59,473 nt of DNA. Origin: Minisyncoccota bacterium. Lineage in GTDB: Bacteria; Patescibacteriota; Minisyncoccia; UBA6257; 1-14-0-10-44-23. This document shows positions 54,056 to 59,473 of this stretch, piece by piece (position 1 is the first letter of the stretch; each line of letters begins with the position of its first letter). The notes below the pieces were generated by a model, which did no database searches, was not told the DNA's origin, and saw only the letters and a program-made list of their open reading frames with translations. The position numbers and the translations under genes are program-made. The stretch spans positions 1 to 59,473 of the forward strand of contig JAWKSL010000003.1 in NCBI GenBank assembly GCA_041389085.1, read 5' to 3'.

Positions 54056-54113
54056 GGGGATGATTTTCGATTTTAGATTATCGATGTAAGAATTTTCCCA
54101 CGTGAAATTCTTG

Positions 54114-54674
54114 CTAGAACTTTACAGATACAGGTTCGTTTTCTTCCTGTTTGGTAGTAGCAAAAAGAGTGCCTTGCTTGAAGCCAAACATTCCTGCGAT
54201 GAGGTTTGTTGGGAAGGTTTCAATTTTAGTGTTGAGGTCGTTTACGGTGTTGTTGTAGAAGCGGCGAGAAGCCATCATTTTGTTTTCAGTGTCGCTGAGC
54301 TCGCGTTGAAGCTCGAGGAAGTTTGCGTTTGCTTTAAGCTCTGGGTAGCTTTCAGAAACTGCAAACAGACTCTTAAGCGTGTCTGAGAGCATGTTTTCAG
54401 CGCCTGCCTTTTGAGTTACTGAGCCAGATGCACTTGCTACTGCAGCTCGCGCTTCAGTAACTTTTGTAAATACTCCTTCTTCGTGCTTTGCATACCCCTT
54501 TACCGTTTCTACAAGGTTAGGAATAAGGTCGAAGCGGCGCTTGCTTTGCACCTCTATGTCGCTTGCTGCCTCCTTCATGCGGTTTCGCATGCGAACCAGG
54601 CTGTTAAATGTACCTATGAGCCATAGTGCAAGCACTACTACTACGACCAACAGGATTATAAATAGTGGGTTCAT
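54114..54674 (-). CDS. lemA: LemA family protein
   Basis: TM anchor and NSLVRMRNRMKEAASDIEVQSKRRFDLIPNLVETVKGYAKHE. Confidence 0.88.
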   Translation of the reverse strand: MNPLFIILLVVVVVLALWLIGTFNSLVRMRNRMKEAASDIEVQSKRRFDLIPNLVETVKGYAKHEEGVFTKVTEARAAVASASGSVTQKAGAENMLSDTLKSLFAVSESYPELKANANFLELQRELSDTENKMMASRRFYNNTVNDLNTKIETFPTNLIAGMFGFKQGTLFATTKQEENEPVSVKF

Positions 54675-54711
54675 ATGTTTGTTTTATGCTTTTAGAGTAA
54701 CACTTTCGCCT

Positions 54712-55311
54712 CTAAAAATCAGCTTCACTTGGAGCTTCTGCCTGCGAAAATGAAATCATTTCCATAAGCTGCTCTGCTGTCATTGGCGGCTTAGTGCCAA
54801 AGCTGTTAAACACTATTACAGCGTTTTCTCCGAGACGCGCAACCATAAAGTAGCGAGTTTCTTTTTCTCCGCAGTTATAAATTTGGCTTGTGTCGCTAAG
54901 AAGTACTGACTTACACATTGAAACTGCGCAGTCGCTTTCTGGCGCACAGCTTTGCATTGCCGCCTCAGCCTCTTCGGTTGAAAGAAGTGGTGCTTCTTTA
55001 AAGCCGATCTTTTCTGCGTTTTCGTTTATCCACTCCGTTATGGTGTAGTCTTGTTTGTTAATAATGCCGAGAGTGTACTGAAACTCAGTATCAGTAACCT
55101 CTCCGCTTTCGCTAAGGGCAAACCCGTCTATTACAAGGTTTGTCTCGCTTTTTTTATCGAGGGTAAATCCCTCTGGTAGAGTAAGCGTGTATTCAGGAAC
55201 AATTACATTTTCTTCTTCGAAAACAATTTCTTCCTTTTTCTCGCCCATAAACATTGTTGCTATAAGGAAGCCTACGGCAACGATCACTATAAGTAGTAGT
55301 AGTTTTTTCAT
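54712..55311 (-). CDS. Hypothetical exported or anchored protein
   Basis: 199 aa with N-terminal MKKLLLLIVIVAVGFLIATMF. Confidence 0.6.
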   Translation of the reverse strand: MKKLLLLIVIVAVGFLIATMFMGEKKEEIVFEEENVIVPEYTLTLPEGFTLDKKSETNLVIDGFALSESGEVTDTEFQYTLGIINKQDYTITEWINENAEKIGFKEAPLLSTEEAEAAMQSCAPESDCAVSMCKSVLLSDTSQIYNCGEKETRYFMVARLGENAVIVFNSFGTKPPMTAEQLMEMISFSQAEAPSEADF

Positions 55312-55326
55312 ATCTTTATCTTAGCA

Positions 55327-56964
55327 CTACATGCCCATCATGCCGCCACCCATCGGCATTTGCGGCTCTTCCTTTTTTGGAAGCTCGGTCATTGCCACTC
55401 CCATCATAAGGTAGGTGCTTGCTACTGAGATAGCGTTTGTAAGTGCGGTCTTCGTAACTTTGAGCGGGTCAAGAATTCCCACTTCTTTAAGGTTTTCTAT
55501 TTTGTTGGTGTTTGCATTAAACCCAGTCCAGATATCGCCCTCAGAGCGCTCGCGAAGCTTAGACACTATTGCGTCTGCTTGCTCGCCACTGTTTTTGATT
55601 ATTTCGTGAATTGGAGACTCCATCGCCTGGCGAAGTATTTTGTGTGCCGCTGACTTTACTGGGTCTTGTTCTTCTTTAAACGCTGGCACGTTGAAAAGAG
55701 CCATACCTCCTCCTGGTACAATTCCCTCTTCCATAGCAGCTCTGGTAGCAGCTACCGCGTCTTCTACTCTTTGCTTAAGCTCTTTTTGCGCGCTTTCGGT
55801 AGCAGCTCCTACTTTAATAACAGCCACTCCGCCTGAAAGTTTTCCAAGGCGCTCTTGAAGTTTTTCTTTTTCGAAACTGCTTTCAGTTTTTTCGAGCTGG
55901 GCTTTTATCTGCATTACGCGCTCCTTTATAGATTCTTTGTTTCCAGCTCCGCCTACTATTGTTGTCGTGTCTTTATCTGAAACTACGCGCTTTGCACGGC
56001 CAAGGTCTGAAAGCTCCACTGTTTCAAGCTTTTTACCAAGCTCTTCACTTATGAGCGAAGCTCCGGTGATGGTGGCTATGTCGGCGAGCATGTCTTTTTT
56101 TCTGTCGCCAAAGCCTGGAGCTTTTATTGCAAGCACGTTAAAGGTTCCTTTGAGCTTGTTTACTACGAGTGTAGTAAGCGCCTCTCCTTCTATGTCTTCC
56201 GCGATTATGACAATGTCGCGCTTTCCTGTTTCGAGGACTTTTTCCAGTGATGGCAAAAGCTTTTATGTTTGAAATTTTCTTGTGGTAACGATTATGTACG
56301 GATCGGTAAGCTCTGCGGTCATCTTCTCGCCGTTGGTTACCTGTATAGATGCGCCAGCAATAACTTTTGACATCGAACTGCATTCCCTCTACTACTTCCA
56401 AACTCAACTGTCGATAGTGTTTGAGTCTGAGATGGTGATAACGCCGTCTTTTCCAACCTTAGCAGTAACCTTAGCAATGAGCTCCCCTATTGTTTGTCTT
56501 TTTTGCTGAGGTTGCTACTTCTTGCACCTTCTTTGTGTCTTCAACTTCTTCTTTTGAAGCTCAAGTGCCTTTATAATATTCCTGCACTTTCCAAGCTCTT
56601 TTGCAAGCTGAATAACGTTGAAGCCCTGAGAGTTGATTGTGTTTTCTCCCTGCTCTATCAAAGTGTGTGCGAGCACTACAGAAGTAGTAGTACCGTCTCC
56701 TACTTTGTCGTTTGTTTTTAATCCTGCTGCTTGCTTGGTAGGTCCGCTCCAAGGTTTTCAAACTTGTCTTCAAACTCTACTTCCTTTGCTACTATTAACT
56801 CGTCAATGGCAACGGAGCTCATACCCCACTTTTCAGTGGCATAATGGCTTTAAATACCGCGTGGCCGAAGTCCATTTACCGCTTGTGCTATTTGGTCTAT
56901 TCCTTTCTTTATTGATGCGCGTGCATCTTGGTTGAATTTCAACTGTTTACTCATAGCGATGTAT
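55327..56964 (-). pseudogene. groL: Chaperonin GroEL; C-terminal 309 codons intact, N-terminal ~235 codons frame-disrupted
   Basis: The start MSKQLKFNQDARASIKKG is at 56964. Homologous pieces (EKWG..VAKEVEFEDKFENLGA; KTNDKVGDGTTTSVVLAHTLIEQG; IAKVTAKVGKDGVITISDSNT; VVEGMQFD) lie in different frames with in-frame stops. The 55327..56256 ORF ends in GGGMMGM. Confidence 0.8.
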
Positions 56965-57026
56965 ATTGGTTAGTGGTTAGTGGGGTTGTACTAGCTATTC
57001 TTAATTCTTATCTCTTAACTCTTACG

Positions 57027-57305
57027 CTATTTGTAGAGTACTGCGAGTATGTCGTCTTCGCTTGCTACGAGGTAGGTTTTCCTTCTATCTCTATTTCGTC
57101 TGGTCCGTATTTTTCTAAAAAGCACTGTGTCGCCTGGCTTCTTCATTTTTACTACTGCCGTTTTGGTCTACTTTTCTGGTCCGGTAGCGACTTTGCCCTT
57201 GAGGCTTTTCTCCATCTTTATCTTGAACTCTTGTCCGCTTGCTGTTCGACTCTGAGCCTCCCTAGCACTTGATAATACTCTATTTGAAAGTGGTTGTAGT
57301 TTCAT
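57027..57305 (-). pseudogene. groS: Co-chaperonin GroES, disrupted by four single-base run-length changes
   Basis: MKLQPLSNRVL...TASG...KGKVATGPEK-stop...VKMKKPGDTVLF...KTYLVASEDDILAVL. Adjusting the T runs at 57172-75, 57146-50, 57110-14 and 57077-80 by one base each gives an open 93-codon GroES. Confidence 0.8.
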
Positions 57306-57371
57306 ATTGTTTGGTACCTATTAGGTGAGTAGGGCGTATTTTAGTCGATTTAGAGTGCTTTTCAAGACTAA

Positions 57372-57568
57372 CTTTAACATCACACGTACGTGTAGGCCGT
57401 TAAAGTGGCCTAGAATGGCCTATTTATGCCTTGAACGCCAGGAAGTACCGAGTCGCGAAGCTACTTGGCTCACACGGAGCCGTGTGAGCCGTTAGCTGGC
57501 TAGGCATCCCCAGTCTTTGGCTGTCTTTCAGCACTTCGGGGCCTCAAGACGAACTGTGAAGGCTTTAA
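57372..57568. repeat. Palindromic repeat element, locus C
   Basis: TTTAACATCACACGTACGTGTAGGCCGTTAAA (57372-57403), CCAGGAAGTACCGAGTCGCGAA, an 11-bp hairpin GGCTCACACGG-AG-CCGTGTGAGCC (57466-57489), and a right module matching locus A that ends in GTGAAGGCTTTAAA. Confidence 0.85.
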
Positions 57569-57647
57569 ATTACTCGTGGGCGCTGGTGTGCTGTGGAGGT
57601 ACTCGTATATGTTAGTGGTCTTTACGCTCAACCTGAACTTATATTTG

Positions 57648-58493
57648 TTATAGCACGTCGCTTACGTCGCCTGCCGCCCAAATACCTTCGCAAGAGGTTG
57701 CTTGGGTTTTGTGGTCTACTACTACTTCACCAATTTGGTTTATGTCTACCAAACCTTTTACGATGTTTGAGCTTGGGATAGAGCCTATTTCTACAAAGAC
57801 TCCGCCAACTGGAAGCTCTTTCTCTTCGTTTGTTTGATTATTTTTTATTACCGCACTGGTAACAAAGGTTTCTCCTTTTATTTCTTTTATTTCAGTGTTG
57901 AAAAGTATTTCTACTTTTTCGTGGGTTTTTACCTTCTCTTGGGTTGTGGCGTCTCCTTTGAGTTCGCCTGAGCGCACGAGTAGGTAAATTTTCTTAGCGT
58001 ATGGAATAGAGTCTACTACTGCTTCAAGCCCGCTGTTTCCTCCACCGACGATAGCTACGTCTTGGCCTTGGAAAAGTGGAGCGTCGCAGGTAGAGCAAAA
58101 TACCACTCCCTTTCCGTCGTACTCATCTTCTCCTGGTACGCCAAGACGCCTGCGGTGTGATCCGAGTGCTAAAAGAACGGTGTGGGTTTCATACTCATCT
58201 CCAATCTCTGTTTTTACTTTAAAACCTTGGTCTGTTTTTTCTACTACGCTTACTTTTTTGCCTTCGATTATGTCGAGGTCGTCTTTGTAGGCCTTTACGT
58301 GAGCTTCAAAGTTTTTTGCTAAGTCGGTACCAGAAATCGAAGGAGTTCCTATCCAGTTATGAATGTCGTTGCTTACTTTCGACTGCCCTCCAAAGTCGTA
58401 GGTGATGATGGCGGCTTTTATCTTTTTACGTGCGGCGTAGACGGCAGCAGAAACTCCTGCTGGCCCTGCACCAACTATTATTAGTTCATACAT
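57648..58493 (-). CDS. trxB: Thioredoxin-disulfide reductase (C-terminal ~30 residues appear frame-shifted)
   Basis: GAGPAGVSAAVYAAR FAD motif, redox-active CSTCDAPLF, GGGNSGLEA NADPH motif. The ORF stops right after GDVSDVL. The expected AITNISSG and NIYEYL segments lie in other frames at 57590-57647. Confidence 0.8.
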   Translation of the reverse strand: MYELIIVGAGPAGVSAAVYAARKKIKAAIITYDFGGQSKVSNDIHNWIGTPSISGTDLAKNFEAHVKAYKDDLDIIEGKKVSVVEKTDQGFKVKTEIGDEYETHTVLLALGSHRRRLGVPGEDEYDGKGVVFCSTCDAPLFQGQDVAIVGGGNSGLEAVVDSIPYAKKIYLLVRSGELKGDATTQEKVKTHEKVEILFNTEIKEIKGETFVTSAVIKNNQTNEEKELPVGGVFVEIGSIPSSNIVKGLVDINQIGEVVVDHKTQATSCEGIWAAGDVSDVL

Positions 58494-58562
58494 ATGAACT
58501 AATAATAGTTGGAATTAATCAATAATCAAATATCACTAAGCAAAAAACTGACTTAGAATTAA

Positions 58563-58919
58563 CTATTCGAACTTTTTAGCTATACTAGAAAATATTTTCA
58601 CTAATTCTCCTGCCTCTCTTAGAAGATTATTCTGAGGTTGCCCCTCTGGTGATTGATCGAGGAGTTTTAGCCAAAGCATTGACTCCTTTGCTTCCTTCCT
58701 GCATATCTTTATCCTCATACGAAAGTCTTTTTTGCTTAGTGACTCATTCGCTTCGATATAGTTAGCGGCAACAGACCCTGACGAGCGCACTAACTGCCTG
58801 GCTTGCTCTAGCGCTGCAAAATCCTTCTTAAAACTCCTTGTGTGGTTCGCACAGGCTCTGGCGAACTTAAATGTTCTTTCTTCCAAATCAAACTTGTGTT
58901 TTTCTTTGGAATTTGCCAT
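58563..58919 (-). CDS. Four-helix-bundle protein (23S rRNA intervening-sequence protein family)
   Basis: ERTFKFARACANHTRSF...LVRSSGSVAANYIEANESLSKKDFRMRIKICRKEAKESMLWLKLL is typical of TIGR02436. Confidence 0.8.
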   Translation of the reverse strand: MANSKEKHKFDLEERTFKFARACANHTRSFKKDFAALEQARQLVRSSGSVAANYIEANESLSKKDFRMRIKICRKEAKESMLWLKLLDQSPEGQPQNNLLREAGELVKIFSSIAKKFE

Positions 58920-58950
58920 TTGATCTCTTGTTTATTATAGAAGAGATCTT

Positions 58951-59178
58951 CTATTGCAGCGCTTTTTCTATCTCTTCTTTATTGAAGCCGACAAATATTT
59001 CTCCATTTATATCGATAACCGGTACTCCGAGCTGGCCTGACTTCTTTACCATTTCTTCGCGAGCTTTATCGTCGCTACTTACGTCGAAGTCTTGGTACTC
59101 TATCTTTCGCTCTGAAAGATATTGCTTCGCCATTTTGCAGTAAGGGCAGGTTGGGGTTGAGTAGATTTGAACTTTCAT
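58951..59178 (-). CDS. Glutaredoxin-like protein (NrdH/YruB type)
   Basis: 75 aa with the CPYC active site and GVPVIDINGEIFVGF. Confidence 0.85.
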   Translation of the reverse strand: MKVQIYSTPTCPYCKMAKQYLSERKIEYQDFDVSSDDKAREEMVKKSGQLGVPVIDINGEIFVGFNKEEIEKALQ

Positions 59179-59201
59179 ATGTTTCTTTACTCAATTATAA
59201 A

Positions 59202-59473
59202 CTAGTTTTCTAGTTCGGCGAGAGTCTGGTCTATCAACTGCTGGAAAGTTTCGTATGGGTAGGCACCTGCTACGAGCACTCCGTTAATGAACACTCCTGG
59301 TGTCCCCTCTACTCCTGCAGCTACTCCTGCTTGGAAGTCTGCTTCTACCTCTGCCTTGTGAGTACGTGCGTCTACACAAGCTTTAAAGCTTTCGGTGTTG
59401 AGTCCAATCTCTCCGGCAAGTGCGGTGTAGTCGAGGCTTGCGAGCTGTGCTTGGCGGTCAAAGAGCGCGTCGT
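59202..59473 (-). CDS. DsbA-like thioredoxin-fold protein, C-terminal part (5' end beyond window)
   Basis: My translation is ...DALFDRQAQLASLDYTALAGEIGLNTESFKACVDARTHKAEVEADFQAGVAAGVEGTPGVFINGVLVAGAYPYETFQQLIDQTLAELEN-stop. GTPxxFINGxxxxGAxP is the DsbA C-terminal signature. Confidence 0.7.
   Translation of the reverse strand, partial: DALFDRQAQLASLDYTALAGEIGLNTESFKACVDARTHKAEVEADFQAGVAAGVEGTPGVFINGVLVAGAYPYETFQQLIDQTLAELEN

Overview
The window is a gene-dense, AT-rich (about 40% G+C by hand count) bacterial chromosome segment. Its gene content suggests a reduced Patescibacteria/CPR-like organism, which is an inference. Most genes are on the minus strand.

Content:
- Housekeeping genes: msrB, ychF, ftsQ-like/alr/ddl, serS, lysS, greA, map, adk, pheS, murD, gatCA, ligA, htpX/lemA, groESL, trxB.
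- A complete type IV pilus cluster (pilM-N-O, pilB, pilT, pilC, pilin, pilD, four minor pilins).
- A thiol-redox gene set.
- Five tRNAs: Met, initiator Met, Asp, Cys, Ser.

Observations worth follow-up:
1. At least nine sharply bounded GC-rich islands (about 55-75% G+C) are embedded in the backbone. Most are self-contained cassettes with an AT-rich promoter, an RBS, a small ORF and a GC hairpin terminator. They include a tandem array of three cassettes that share a conserved 22-nt leader hairpin. Three islands abut tRNA genes.
2. A GIY-YIG nuclease ORF is wedged between an intact tRNA-Met and a duplicated tRNA 5' fragment whose D-loop carries a 31-nt twin-hairpin module. The identical 31-nt module sits in the D-loop of a partial tRNA-Asp copy 3 kb away, where 3' tRNA-Asp segments are nested three deep.
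3. A palindromic, TIR-bearing repeat family occurs at three intergenic loci.
4. PheRS is a mitochondrial-type single-chain enzyme.
5. Frame disruptions are locally clustered in groES/groEL, the major pilin, a P-type ATPase, a PD-(D/E)XK nuclease, pilB, pilC and RNase H. Many lie in mononucleotide runs, so assembly error must be excluded before calling them pseudogenes. A methyltransferase carries an in-frame amber codon.

No CRISPR array, rRNA, integrase or transposase was seen.
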